Of a stretch of DNA of 64,000 nt, positions 29,666-40,027 are shown one piece after another. Where the stretch lies: IMG/VR virus record IMGVR_UViG_3300032605_001371. The stretch is one strand, 5' to 3'. Numbering within the stretch: the stretch's first letter is position 1; each line of letters opens with the position of its first letter. The notes under the pieces were generated by a model that was given only the letters and a program-made list of their open reading frames with translations, was not told the DNA's origin and ran no database searches. This DNA comes from an uncultured virus (IMG/VR IMGVR_UViG_3300032605_001371) (lineage: Duplodnaviria; Heunggongvirae; Uroviricota; Caudoviricetes). The position numbers and the translations under genes were made by a program.

Positions 29666-30445
29666 TTACGAATACATTGTTAAGACATGTTCAATAATTG
29701 AATGTCTTCTAATGTCCTTTTTATCAAACTCACAAGCTACCATGCCAGGCACGCTATATTTTTGAAGTCTGTGAGTAAGATCCAATAGCCCGTTTTCAGG
29801 GGTTTTGCGATCTGTTTGTTCTACGTCACCGGTGATGACAATTTTACTGCCTTCACCGATTCTAGTCATCAACATTTTCATTTGGCTAGGTGTGGCATTT
29901 TGCGCTTCGTCAAGAATGATCCAACTGTGCTTAAAATTACGACCACGACAGAATGCTAATGGTGCAATTTCGATGACTTGTTCTTTGACCATATATTCGA
30001 GTTCCGTAGCTGTATAGAATTCTCTCAGCACGTCAAATAATGGTCTAACCCACGGTTCCATTTTTTCGTTTAAGTCGCCAGGCAAAAAGCCGTGCTTCTC
30101 ATCGTCAACTGCAACTGCAGGTCTTGTTAGTAGAATTTTATCACACTCTCCTTGTTTCATAGCTTTGATAGCTGCTAGCATAGCAAGATAAGTTTTACCT
30201 GTTCCTGCAGGGCCACTCACCACGACGATATCTGTTTCAGGGTCGGTCAATGCGATGATGTATTTTTCCTGATTTATACTCTGAGGTATTAGTTCGACTG
30301 GTTTTTTGTTAGCTCTTTTAGGTTGGGCTTGAGCAAAATCTATAGTTTTAGATTCCTTCATATAGTATGTTCTATTCTCATCTTGATATCTTCTATTAGC
30401 ATATCTTGTGTCTTTGCGAAGCTCGCTTGTTTTTCTTTTACTCAC
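29666..30445 (-). CDS. phoH: PhoH-family ATPase
   Basis: GPAGTGKT, LTRPAV, GFLPGDL.EKM.PW, RGR, ILDEAQN, GDVEQ.D; probable GTG start at 30445 after AGGAG. Confidence 0.95.
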   Translation of the reverse strand: MSKRKTSELRKDTRYANRRYQDENRTYYMKESKTIDFAQAQPKRANKKPVELIPQSINQEKYIIALTDPETDIVVVSGPAGTGKTYLAMLAAIKAMKQGECDKILLTRPAVAVDDEKHGFLPGDLNEKMEPWVRPLFDVLREFYTATELEYMVKEQVIEIAPLAFCRGRNFKHSWIILDEAQNATPSQMKMLMTRIGEGSKIVITGDVEQTDRKTPENGLLDLTHRLQKYSVPGMVACEFDKKDIRRHSIIEHVLTMYS

Positions 30446-30619
30446 TAAAGTCTCCTGAGTTTGAAACAAAGTATTGAAAGCTGTATTCTGCCTTCGAATG
30501 TATTTAAGGTCTGTAATTAAGTAAACTATGAGCATCTAGGAAATAGTTTCCTATGATAAATATAATGTTCGTTTCAAAAACGTTTCCTTCATTAATACGC
30601 TGTAAAGATAAATACTTAC

Positions 30620-31231
30620 ATGAGCAAATCATTACCAGCAGATACTTTTTTTAATGACATCGATTTTGTCAGTATTGTAGATACGATCAAAGGTATCTAC
30701 ATGAGTGACGGCTCGATGTCTACTTTGATAGACTTTGAGAGAGTTTTAGACGAAGCTGATCTTTATGCCTTCAAAAATTGGATTTTAGGCGAGTTGGTTC
30801 AAGGTCCAGAAATAGGCAGATACACTTGTAAATGTATTTTCATGTGGCCATATAAGTTAATGCCTGATCCACGTGGGGCTCTGCGCCTCACTACTATTGG
30901 GTGTAAAGTAACCTTTGGAAAGGGTGAGTTGAAAGTTCCCGTAGAAGTAAAAGATTATGAAGATTTTGTACCAGGAACTCGCTATCCAAAGATGAAGGAA
31001 CGTAAGGTTTGGTTTGTAGAAATCACTATTCCGTTCGAACTTATGGATGACATTAAGGAAGGTACTATTGATCTTGCAGACCAAACTATCGACTTGTCTG
31101 AGATTGAAGATGCATATGCTGAGGATTTGGATGACTCCACTAAAGAAGAACCATCAGTTAAAACCACAGCAGATGAAAATCAATTAGGTAATGCTCCTGG
31201 CGCCGCGCTGGGCCCTGCTCCGATGATGTGA
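30620..31231 (+). CDS. Phage hypothetical protein
   Basis: Long ORF behind a late promoter. Confidence 0.65.
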   Translation: MSKSLPADTFFNDIDFVSIVDTIKGIYMSDGSMSTLIDFERVLDEADLYAFKNWILGELVQGPEIGRYTCKCIFMWPYKLMPDPRGALRLTTIGCKVTFGKGELKVPVEVKDYEDFVPGTRYPKMKERKVWFVEITIPFELMDDIKEGTIDLADQTIDLSEIEDAYAEDLDDSTKEEPSVKTTADENQLGNAPGAALGPAPMM

Positions 31232-31821
31232 GGCGTATAATGAAAATTTTAAATGAAGCCCTCGATTACATGGATCTAGAAGACCAGTTATCAGATAAGA
31301 TAACGGTTGACGAATATTCTGCTAAAATCGGTTCAGATGCAGACATAGTAACTGTCACTTTTATGGCATATTCAAAGTTGGCTGCAAAGGATTTAGTAAC
31401 CTGGTTTGAACGTGGGTATACCTGGGTATTAGATGCCAGTGTAAGCGATGGTGAAATTGAACCTGGTAAGTGGTTAGTATTTGTTGAAATGGATCGCAGA
31501 TCAACTACGCCTAAAAGAATCATTTCGCTTCTTTCTGATCTTGAGACCTTAACTGGATTAAAGCTTAAGGATTGGACCGTTGAGGTTGAGGGAGAAGATT
31601 ATGATGCTGACGAAGAAATTCTACATCAGGCTATTATATGCAATCCTAATGAATACAAGATTGATCGCGGCGACGACGGAAACGTTGATGACGAAAAAAA
31701 CGAAAAAAACGAAAAAGATGACGGATTAAATGAAGTGAGAATTCGTGCAGGTATTGATCCGAAGGCGCCATACAATAATGATGAATACATTAAAAATATA
31801 AAATCAATGGCAGGAATGTAA
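31228..31821 (+). CDS. Phage hypothetical protein
   Basis: Long ORF; start may be 31240 (MKILNE). Confidence 0.65.
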   Translation: MRRIMKILNEALDYMDLEDQLSDKITVDEYSAKIGSDADIVTVTFMAYSKLAAKDLVTWFERGYTWVLDASVSDGEIEPGKWLVFVEMDRRSTTPKRIISLLSDLETLTGLKLKDWTVEVEGEDYDADEEILHQAIICNPNEYKIDRGDDGNVDDEKNEKNEKDDGLNEVRIRAGIDPKAPYNNDEYIKNIKSMAGM

Positions 31822-31822
31822 T

Positions 31823-32344
31823 ATGGCAGATTCAGGATTACCCGGCATGACATTGCCAGAACCGAACGATAATGAAGAAATGCAAGTCGTCGCAAAGAAC
31901 GATGAACACTATGATAGCATGGTAAATGATAAGGAGTTTTACGAAGATATGGTACAGAAAAATGAATTGCAGAATCTAACCAATGCTTCTCTCACGCAAG
32001 CAGGAAGCAATGCTGCACAGAACGCAGATGTTCTTGTTAAGAACGATAATGAGGATTGGATCAATAAGAAGTGGCGCCCAGCAATGGGGTGGATGTATAT
32101 GGCAGTCTGCATATGCGACTTCATTTTATTCCCAATTCTCTGGTCTATCGTACAGCTTGTCGGTAAGGGAAGTGTCACGACGCCATGGCAACCATTGACC
32201 CTTCAAGGTGCAGGTTTATTTCACATTGCAATGGGCGCTGTTCTTGGTATTGCTGCTTTTGGTCGTACACAAGAAAAACTTCAAGGTGCAACGAACGTAG
32301 ATACTTCAGTGGGTACACCTCCACCGGGAATTCCTGGAAAGTAA
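31823..32344 (+). CDS. Putative holin (3TM/GTA-holin-like)
   Basis: WRPAMGWMY motif followed by two hydrophobic segments and GRTQEK. Confidence 0.6.
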   Translation: MADSGLPGMTLPEPNDNEEMQVVAKNDEHYDSMVNDKEFYEDMVQKNELQNLTNASLTQAGSNAAQNADVLVKNDNEDWINKKWRPAMGWMYMAVCICDFILFPILWSIVQLVGKGSVTTPWQPLTLQGAGLFHIAMGAVLGIAAFGRTQEKLQGATNVDTSVGTPPPGIPGK

Positions 32345-32347
32345 GAA

Positions 32348-32376
32348 TTGACATATAACACCCAGCGTGATACTAT
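32348..32376 (+). promoter_or_regulatory. Sigma70-like promoter with extended -10
   Basis: TTGACA-17nt-TACTAT with TGn. Confidence 0.7.
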
Positions 32377-32382
32377 ATGATT

Positions 32383-33183
32383 ATGGATCATTATATGACG
32401 CTGGGTGTTTCTAGGACAGCCACCCAAGAAGAAATTAAAAAAGCATATCGTAAATTAGCAATGGAGCATCACCCTGATCGGGGAGGTGATCTAGCAAAAT
32501 TTCAAGAAATCAGTGTGGCTTATGAAATATTAGGTGATGCTGACAAGAGAGCAGCATATGACAGGCCTCCCCAGCCTTCGCCGCAATTTGGACCGGGTGG
32601 ATTCTCATTCAGCTTCAATGGATTTGATTTAAACGAGTTTTTTGCACAATCATTTGGCGGACCACAAAACTTTGCACAAAATAGACAACCACAGAAACCA
32701 GTTTTTAGAACTAGAGTATCAGTGTCATTGCAAGATGCATTTAGTGGTGCCGAGCAGGTACTGCAATTAGGTACGCCAAACGGCGTAAAGGTCGTGAATG
32801 TTAAGGTGCCACCCGGCATCTCGTCTAGAAGTAGCATTCGATATGACAATCTGATTGAAGAAGGTACGCTAATCATCGAATTCCATGTTCTAGATGATCT
32901 ACGATTTGACAGAAAAGGTGACGATTTGTATACGAATATACCTATCTCTGTCTTAGATTTGATTGTCGGTACTAAAATTGAGTTTACTACCATAGGCGGA
33001 AATAAAATTGAGGTTGATATTCCAGCTGGAACTCAAACATATCATCAGTTTAGACTGCCTGGCTACGGAATGCCCACAGCCAACAACGGTTATGGTGACC
33101 AAATACTATTGTTAAAGGTAATAGTCCCTGCTAACATCGACAATGATATTATTGAAAGTATCAAGCGTAGTCGATCTAAATAA
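32383..33183 (+). CDS. DnaJ/CbpA-like co-chaperone (class B, no Zn finger)
   Basis: J domain with HPD, G/F-rich linker, DnaJ C-terminal domain. Confidence 0.9.
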   Translation: MDHYMTLGVSRTATQEEIKKAYRKLAMEHHPDRGGDLAKFQEISVAYEILGDADKRAAYDRPPQPSPQFGPGGFSFSFNGFDLNEFFAQSFGGPQNFAQNRQPQKPVFRTRVSVSLQDAFSGAEQVLQLGTPNGVKVVNVKVPPGISSRSSIRYDNLIEEGTLIIEFHVLDDLRFDRKGDDLYTNIPISVLDLIVGTKIEFTTIGGNKIEVDIPAGTQTYHQFRLPGYGMPTANNGYGDQILLLKVIVPANIDNDIIESIKRSRSK

Positions 33184-33203
33184 CTTTTTAAAAGGATTAA
33201 AAG

Positions 33204-35468
33204 TTGCAATCATCCCCTGAAATTGAAAATATTATTGAACATGCAGTCCAAGCTGCAAAGCAAAGACAACATGCATATGTTACTGTAGAGCATTTGCTTT
33301 GGGCTCTCGTTTCGCACCCTCCTTTTAAGAAATGTCTAAATGGCATCAATGTAGATACGGATTTGATGCTTGCTGAAATTGAGGCTTATCTCAATGGACT
33401 GCACGCAATTGTTTCTAAAGATCCAAATTGCCAACCAAAGCGCACTAACACGCTTGAACGTGTGATGAATCGTTCTGTGACACAGGTTCTATTCACCGGC
33501 CGCAGACAAGTTGCTACTATTGATTTGTACATGAGCATCGCAACAGAATCTAATTCTCATGCTCACTATTTCCTACTTAAGTACGGTGTCTCTAAGTCTG
33601 ATTTTCTTACTTACTGGCAGAAGCATTATGCGGGTGGCGACTACGCAGCTATCAGTCCAAATCAGGCTGACGAAATTCTTGATGAGTATACAATCAATCT
33701 GACTGATTTGGCTCGTCAAGACAAGTTGGAGCCAGTGATCGGTCGTCATAAGGAAATCGATGACATTATCAATGTTCTTGCCAAGAGATTCAAGTCTAAC
33801 GTACTTATGGTCGGCGATCCGGGTGTAGGTAAGACTGCTATCGCTGAAGGTATCGCAAACGCAATCGTTGCCGGAACAGTTCCGGACTTCCTACTAGACC
33901 ACGAACTTTATTCACTTGAAGTTGGTTCGCTTCTTGCTGGTTCTCGTTATCGAGGTGACTTTGAAGAAAAGGTCAAGCAGGTTCTTGATGCGTTGAACGT
34001 CAAAAAGAAGGCGATTCTGTTCATTGACGAAGCGCATACTATGCAAGGTGCGGGCGGATCCACTACTGGATCAGTTGATTTTGCTAACATGATCAAGCCT
34101 GCAATCACTAAGGGTACGCTTAAGGTCATTGCTTCTACCACGTGGGAAGAATTCTACGAATCATTTGAAAAGGATCGTGCGTTGATGCGTCGATTCTATC
34201 GTGTTTCGGTTGATGAACCTTCTCATGACACGACTGTTCGTATTCTTAACGGATTATCTGAACGTCTCAATGATTTCCACAATGTGAAGATTACACCAGA
34301 AGCCATTAAAGCAGCAGTAGAGTCCGCTGATCGATACATCCATGATCGTAAGAATCCTGACAAGTCTATCGACCTACTAGATGCGGCGTGTGCTAAGCAA
34401 CGTGTCCTGCAGAACAAGGACGCTGAAATTACTACGGCACTTATTCACGAACAAGTTGAAAAGTTCACCGGCGTTCCGGCAGATAAGTTGAGCGGTGATA
34501 ACTTCGACCGGATCAATAATCTTGAAATGAACGTCAAGAATAAGCTGTATGGGCAGGATGAGACTGTCGATAAGGTTCTTGAACGAGTGTATGTCTCGTT
34601 TGCGGGGATCGGTAACGATAAGAAGCCGATTGCGAGCTTCTTGTTCTTGGGCCCAACGGGTACGGGTAAAACGGAATTGGCTAAGTTGCTGTCCAAAAAT
34701 TTGGATATGCCGCTTCTCAAGTATGACATGTCGGAGTACGCAGAGAAGCACAGCGTAAGCAGCTTGATCGGGCCGCCCCCGGGCTACGTAGGCTTTGGCG
34801 ATTCACAAGTTCAAGGTGGACGCCTAATTTCAGACTTGAGCAAGAACCCGCACTCTATTCTTCTGTTCGATGAAGTCGAAAAGGCTCACCCTGATATCTT
34901 CAACATCTTCCTACAGATTTTGGATGAAGGTCGAATCACCGGATCAAACGGTAAGGAAGTTTCTTGTAAGAATACTCTTATCATTATGACTTCTAATTTA
35001 GGGTCGGCTGACGGTGAACGAAACAATATTGGTTTCGGTTCGCAAGAACGCACTGGTGAAGATGATAAGGCTCTTAAGCAATTCTTCAAGCCTGAGTTCC
35101 GTAATCGTCTTGATATGGTCTGCAAATTCCAAAAGCTAGACATGCTTTCGATAAAGAAGATCGTTGTGAAATTCTTGGAAGATGTTAAGAAGCCGTTGCT
35201 TGACAAGCACAATATCACGCTGAACCTCAGTGAGGAAGTCATTGAGTATTTGGCTGATAAGGGCTATGATAGCAAGATGGGTGCAAGACCTCTCGGTCGT
35301 AAGATCGATGAATTGATTCGTGTTCCTCTTTCAAAGAAAATTTTGTTTGAGCGTATTGCTAACGCAAACATTATGGCTGTGTTGGAGAACAATGAAATCG
35401 TGTTTCAAGTAACTTCAAAGCAAACTGCGAGAATTGGCGATGACGGCATCATTCAAGTCGAAGGTTGA
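33204..35468 (+). CDS. clpA: ClpA-like AAA+ unfoldase
   Basis: Clp N domain, two Walker A motifs (GDPGVGKT, GPTGTGKT), IGF ClpP-docking loop, GARPL. Confidence 0.92.
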   Translation: MQSSPEIENIIEHAVQAAKQRQHAYVTVEHLLWALVSHPPFKKCLNGINVDTDLMLAEIEAYLNGLHAIVSKDPNCQPKRTNTLERVMNRSVTQVLFTGRRQVATIDLYMSIATESNSHAHYFLLKYGVSKSDFLTYWQKHYAGGDYAAISPNQADEILDEYTINLTDLARQDKLEPVIGRHKEIDDIINVLAKRFKSNVLMVGDPGVGKTAIAEGIANAIVAGTVPDFLLDHELYSLEVGSLLAGSRYRGDFEEKVKQVLDALNVKKKAILFIDEAHTMQGAGGSTTGSVDFANMIKPAITKGTLKVIASTTWEEFYESFEKDRALMRRFYRVSVDEPSHDTTVRILNGLSERLNDFHNVKITPEAIKAAVESADRYIHDRKNPDKSIDLLDAACAKQRVLQNKDAEITTALIHEQVEKFTGVPADKLSGDNFDRINNLEMNVKNKLYGQDETVDKVLERVYVSFAGIGNDKKPIASFLFLGPTGTGKTELAKLLSKNLDMPLLKYDMSEYAEKHSVSSLIGPPPGYVGFGDSQVQGGRLISDLSKNPHSILLFDEVEKAHPDIFNIFLQILDEGRITGSNGKEVSCKNTLIIMTSNLGSADGERNNIGFGSQERTGEDDKALKQFFKPEFRNRLDMVCKFQKLDMLSIKKIVVKFLEDVKKPLLDKHNITLNLSEEVIEYLADKGYDSKMGARPLGRKIDELIRVPLSKKILFERIANANIMAVLENNEIVFQVTSKQTARIGDDGIIQVEG

Positions 35469-36108
35469 GGTCGAAGACCGAACCCTTCTATACTACAACA
35501 ATTTCAAGTATAAGGTTGTGTTAAAAGACAATGCAATTAGCTTTGTATTTAGAGCCAAAACCATTGAACAATACGTGCAGTACGTTAAGAACCAAATATT
35601 ACTAAAGGACCGGTGGTCCCGAAAAATAAGGTTAGAAGATATAGATTTGTCTAAAATGGAAGGCCTCATTAAATTTAGAGCAAATCACTACAAAGATCCT
35701 AAAATTCAAACCCGGCAGTATGATTCTGCATTTTCTGTCTATACAAATGACGAGAATATCATTAAGGAGATTTGTAAATTTTGGTCAGATCCTAAAATTC
35801 ATGAAGCGAATTTGTTACCAGCCGGTATAAAATATTTCAAGAAGGATCCGCCTGCTAAGTTTAGGGTTTATCTAAAAAACTTTTACGACAGAGACGGCAA
35901 TATTAAGGAAGACCTAAAAGAATACTTGAAAAGAACACCGGATCTTGTCATTAGTGAGTCTTTGTCAATGGTATTAAATTATAATTTTACTTACCTAAGC
36001 ACTAGCCACTTTATCAACTACAATGATGAAAAGAATCTCATGATGATGTATCTGATGTTTCCGAACATCATAGGTAAAAGTTACAAATTAGAAAAGAAAA
36101 CGGTATAA
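35434..36108 (+). CDS. Hypothetical protein
   Basis: 224-aa ORF; no motif recognised. Confidence 0.6.
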   Translation: MAMTASFKSKVEVEDRTLLYYNNFKYKVVLKDNAISFVFRAKTIEQYVQYVKNQILLKDRWSRKIRLEDIDLSKMEGLIKFRANHYKDPKIQTRQYDSAFSVYTNDENIIKEICKFWSDPKIHEANLLPAGIKYFKKDPPAKFRVYLKNFYDRDGNIKEDLKEYLKRTPDLVISESLSMVLNYNFTYLSTSHFINYNDEKNLMMMYLMFPNIIGKSYKLEKKTV

Positions 36109-36139
36109 GATAAATACTCTAATAAAATGGAGTATTTTT

Positions 36140-36304
36140 ATGGCAAAGGTCGTCGAAGACGTACTTGTTATCAAGCTTAGTAAGCTTGTGAAGGATGATG
36201 CTGCTGACAGCGGAATCCTTACTAATGAAGTGCAATCTGCACTGGAACAAGTAGCCCAAGAACTAGTAGGCGATGGGATCATAGTGGAGGTTGCGAAAGC
36301 TTAA
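36140..36304 (+). CDS. Small hypothetical protein (54 aa, not in the ORF track)
   Basis: Late promoter, GGAG RBS, MAKVVEDVLVIKLSKLVKD...; TAATG-coupled to the next gene. Confidence 0.65.
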   Translation: MAKVVEDVLVIKLSKLVKDDAADSGILTNEVQSALEQVAQELVGDGIIVEVAKA

Positions 36305-36990
36305 TGTCGCAACTACCTTACACATATTTACTTAAATGGTCAACTACCGGAATGAAGTACTATGGTGTCAGGTACGCCTCTGGTTGTCATCCGACAGATT
36401 TATGGAATCCATACAAGACTTCAAGTAAGCACGTTAAATCATATGTTCAGGAGTATGGAAATCCTGACATAATTTCCGTACGGAAGGTATTTCGTGGTAA
36501 AAACGCGGTAGAAAAGGCTCAACGCTGGGAACACACCGTGTTACGTAGAAGGAAAGTAATAACCAATCCTACGTTTTTAAATCGCACGGATAACAAATCG
36601 ATATCACCTGAAGATTGTGGTAAATCTGCCAAAATTGCAGCAGCCAAACGAAAAACCCGAAACAAGGACAATTGGCCTGCATTGATGGAACTGTCTATTA
36701 GGTTTTCAGGCCGAACAAAAGAAACCCATCCACATATTGCAGCGGCGGCAGCCAAACTTGCCGGCCGAACAAAACTGACCCACGCATACTTAGCTAAGAA
36801 AGCTACCCAAACTGCCAGTCAAACGGCTAAAGTTTGGGAGATAACCTCACCTGTCGGAGAGATAATTACCATCGTTAATATGTGCGAATGGTGTCGAAAT
36901 AATAACGTCAAACGTGGATCAATAAAAAACGGAGTAACTCGAAACGGGTACACGTTTCGAGTTATATCTAATCCTGGAGTAAACCCGTGA
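36304..36990 (+). CDS. GIY-YIG (Seg-like) homing endonuclease
   Basis: YTYLL..GMKYYGVR, YKTSS, FLNRT motifs; overlaps both neighbours. Confidence 0.75.
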   Translation: MSQLPYTYLLKWSTTGMKYYGVRYASGCHPTDLWNPYKTSSKHVKSYVQEYGNPDIISVRKVFRGKNAVEKAQRWEHTVLRRRKVITNPTFLNRTDNKSISPEDCGKSAKIAAAKRKTRNKDNWPALMELSIRFSGRTKETHPHIAAAAAKLAGRTKLTHAYLAKKATQTASQTAKVWEITSPVGEIITIVNMCEWCRNNNVKRGSIKNGVTRNGYTFRVISNPGVNP

Positions 36991-37373
36991 GCCAATCTAC
37001 GACCCTAATCCTATTCCCACAAACAACCTATATAAATCCAGGCAACGGAGCACCCTACACTGTTATCGGCGATTCAAAACCAGCGGCGGCCTATTATTTA
37101 GGAAACAAGGATTTGCAGACCGTTAATATTAGTTTGACACAATGTACGGGTAATATCGTGATTCAAGCTACGTTGGCACCTGCCCCACTTGACACTGACT
37201 GGTTTAATGTGTATGAATTAGAAGCTAACGCAAATGCTGTAGCAAATTCAGCTCCACAGATTGCATCAAACGCCTCAATGTATACTAATATCGATGGAAA
37301 TTTCGTATACATGCGCGCACAGATTCAGGACTTTCAAGGTGGCGGTGTCAATTACGTGAAACTCAGTTACTAA
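36987..37373 (+). CDS. Hypothetical beta-rich protein
   Basis: GTG start overlapping the upstream stop. Confidence 0.6.
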   Translation: MSQSTTLILFPQTTYINPGNGAPYTVIGDSKPAAAYYLGNKDLQTVNISLTQCTGNIVIQATLAPAPLDTDWFNVYELEANANAVANSAPQIASNASMYTNIDGNFVYMRAQIQDFQGGGVNYVKLSY

Positions 37374-37374
37374 C

Positions 37375-39009
37375 ATGAAGGTGATAGCAGTTTATCCGGG
37401 AAGATTTCATCCCTTTCACAAAGGCCACGCCGCAAGTTTTAAGCAGCTGGCTAGTAGATTTGGTTTGGAAAACACTTACCTTGCTATCTCTGCTAAACAA
37501 GATCAACCAAAGAGTCCTTTTTCAGCACAAGATCGTGCAAAGATGGCAATGGCTTTGGGCATTCCATCAAAAAACATTATTGCAGTGAAGAATCCGTACT
37601 CAGGCGATGAGTACATGAAAATGTTTCAAACTAAAGGATATGATCCCGAACATACTGCTTTGGTATTTGGTGTCAGTAAAAAGGATATGGAGGGTGATCC
37701 TTCTATGGGCATTGAACCCGATCCTCGCTTCTCCTTTAAGCCTAAAAAGGATGGTACAGCATCTTACTTTCAGCCGCTAAAAGGCAAAAACATTAAACCA
37801 ATGACACAGCACGGATACATTCTTTCTACTGACGTAGCAGAGTTTCCTATCGCTGGCAAAACTATGCGCGATGCTAGTGCTATTCGTAAGGCATATGCAG
37901 GCTCTGATAACAAAACAAAAATGAAAATTCTTACAGATTTATACGGAGACTCAGCAGAGAAAATGAAGCAGACATTCGACAATAACCTACAAGTCACTGA
38001 GAGCATCCGCGCTCTAATCAACAAAATCAAACCTCTTATCAGTGAGGCGTCCCCTCAACAAAAGGCAAAGTTTGTTAAGCTATTGAGTGAAGCTAAGAAG
38101 ACACTAAGAAATACTAACCCATGTTGGGATGGGTACAAACCAGTTGGCACCAAAAAGAAGAACGGTAAGACTGTTCCTAATTGCGTTCCGGTGAAGGAAT
38201 CGTATAGTGTTCAACGTATCTATGGTCCATCAGACGTAAACATTGTAAAAGATTTAGGAAACGGATACTTACTTTCATACGAGATGGACGAAGATGATGA
38301 TGTTCGTAAGGAAGGTTTTGAAGTAGTTAAGCTTGCTCCAAACGAAACAAAGAAATATATTCCAGTTGGTACCCTGAAAGTAAGTCCTTATCCTGGCAAT
38401 CGTAAGCCTGGTCAACTTGAAGCTGAAATAAACCGTATTATCGCGGCTGATGAAGCCAAAAGTCCTCTGGACGAAGAAGAGGATCCATTTGATATTGATC
38501 CAGAACTAAATGCTACTGTATCTTTTGCACAACAGCACTATCGTAATCCAAAAAAGCAAGCTGCATTTATCAAGTTTGTTCAGCGCAGCCTCAAGCATTC
38601 TAAGGAAGACGATGAGCGTTTAGATAAAGAAGTCGATGAACTAAAAGACAGAGTTGATACTCTGGACCGAAAGGTTGGAAAAATGAATTCTTCCAAATCG
38701 GTAGATTTTCCTGCTCAAAGATTGAAGGAAGGCACTATGAAACCGACTCATGTTACTGGTGAAGAAAAATCTGGTTCTGTAGAGGCCTTAGAAAAAGCAT
38801 TGCTAAGAACCAAAGCGCCCGGCGTTAAACTAGACTATGACAAAATAGATAAAATGATGCAATTAATCTGTAAAAAATATCATCTAACCGGTGATAAATT
38901 ACATAACGATTTTGTGAAAAAGCATCGTGTGGTTCCCGATAAATGGATCGTAAAACAAACAGTTAAAGAGAGTTTTACAAAAAACGCTGATTATCTAGAC
39001 GAAAAATAA
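37375..39009 (+). CDS. HIGH-family cytidyltransferase-like domain fused to several small modules
   Basis: YPGRFHPFHKGH (HxGH) and ASAIR motifs, then short modules separated by [ILV]-x-E. Confidence 0.75.
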   Translation: MKVIAVYPGRFHPFHKGHAASFKQLASRFGLENTYLAISAKQDQPKSPFSAQDRAKMAMALGIPSKNIIAVKNPYSGDEYMKMFQTKGYDPEHTALVFGVSKKDMEGDPSMGIEPDPRFSFKPKKDGTASYFQPLKGKNIKPMTQHGYILSTDVAEFPIAGKTMRDASAIRKAYAGSDNKTKMKILTDLYGDSAEKMKQTFDNNLQVTESIRALINKIKPLISEASPQQKAKFVKLLSEAKKTLRNTNPCWDGYKPVGTKKKNGKTVPNCVPVKESYSVQRIYGPSDVNIVKDLGNGYLLSYEMDEDDDVRKEGFEVVKLAPNETKKYIPVGTLKVSPYPGNRKPGQLEAEINRIIAADEAKSPLDEEEDPFDIDPELNATVSFAQQHYRNPKKQAAFIKFVQRSLKHSKEDDERLDKEVDELKDRVDTLDRKVGKMNSSKSVDFPAQRLKEGTMKPTHVTGEEKSGSVEALEKALLRTKAPGVKLDYDKIDKMMQLICKKYHLTGDKLHNDFVKKHRVVPDKWIVKQTVKESFTKNADYLDEK

Positions 39010-39020
39010 TTCCACCCCCT

Positions 39021-39063
39021 GTCTTCGTTGTAAATAACTGTATAGTTTTACAACAAAGAGGAC
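39021..39063 (+). promoter_or_regulatory. Late promoter embedded in an RBS-occluding hairpin
   Basis: GTTGTAAA (39027-39034) pairs with TTTACAAC (39047-39054); TAAATA at 39031-39036; GAGG at the stem base. Confidence 0.55.
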
Positions 39064-39066
39064 TTA

Positions 39067-39969
39067 ATGGCACGTAAATCAAAAAATTCAAACGTCACTA
39101 TCGCTAAGCCGAACGGCGAGCAACAAACTGTACCTGCAGAACAAGTACAAGAGGTTATTGAGCAGGCTGCTCAGGAACAAAAGCCACAAGAAGGCCAAGT
39201 TCAAGTAAACGTAGACTATCTACGTACCACTAAGGTTCACATCGCAATGCCATGCTACGGTGGTATGTTGACTGAATCTACATTCATGTCATTTATCAAG
39301 TGGGCAAATACTGCACGTCAATTGGGTGTCGACTGGACTCTCGAAACCATGACCAATGAGAGTTTAATCAGTCGTGCAAGAAATACTCTTACTGCTAAGT
39401 TTCTTGCAATGCCGGACGCAACTCACTTGTTCTTCGTTGACGCTGATATTGGTTGGGAACCATGGCACTTGCTAGTCCTCTTGAACAGAGATGTTGATGC
39501 GATCGGGGGCCTATATCCAATGAAGACTATGCCAGTTAAGTGGGTAGTTAATGGATTTGAAGGCGCAGAAGAAGGCCCTGATGGCTTGCAAGAAGTATCT
39601 AAGGCTGGTACTGGATTTCTTCTTATGAAACGACGCTGTTTTGAAAAGTTAAACTCACATCCGGCTGTTAAGCAATATAAAAACGATATCGGTCTTGATC
39701 CCATGTACGATCAGTATTTGAAGACTTATTTTGATACTGCTGTTCGCCAAAATCGCTATTATAGCGAGGACTGGACCTGGTGTGAGAACTTTAGAGATTT
39801 AGGCGGTAAGATTTGGGTTGACAAGCGAGTATTGCTACGTCACTCGGGAAGCTATGTGTTTTCAATGGAAAATCAGCAGTATTTGCTTGATCAAATCGGC
39901 CCCATGTGGGCTGAAGCGCAGAAGGCAAAAGGCTACAAGATTATTGACGAAAACGGAAACGAGATTTAA
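39067..39969 (+). CDS. GT-A fold glycosyltransferase-like protein
   Basis: IAMPCYGG, SLISRARN, LFFVDADI (DxD), GTGFLL, SEDW. Confidence 0.75.
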   Translation: MARKSKNSNVTIAKPNGEQQTVPAEQVQEVIEQAAQEQKPQEGQVQVNVDYLRTTKVHIAMPCYGGMLTESTFMSFIKWANTARQLGVDWTLETMTNESLISRARNTLTAKFLAMPDATHLFFVDADIGWEPWHLLVLLNRDVDAIGGLYPMKTMPVKWVVNGFEGAEEGPDGLQEVSKAGTGFLLMKRRCFEKLNSHPAVKQYKNDIGLDPMYDQYLKTYFDTAVRQNRYYSEDWTWCENFRDLGGKIWVDKRVLLRHSGSYVFSMENQQYLLDQIGPMWAEAQKAKGYKIIDENGNEI

Positions 39970-39983
39970 GTTTCTATAGGACT

Positions 39984-40014
39984 GGGAGGGGAGAGAAATC
40001 TTCCCTCCCTTTTT
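39984..40014 (+). terminator. Intrinsic terminator
   Basis: GGGAGGGGAGA-GAAA-TCTTCCCTCCC followed by TTTTT. Confidence 0.85.
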
Positions 40015-40027
40015 GGATATTTCGTAA

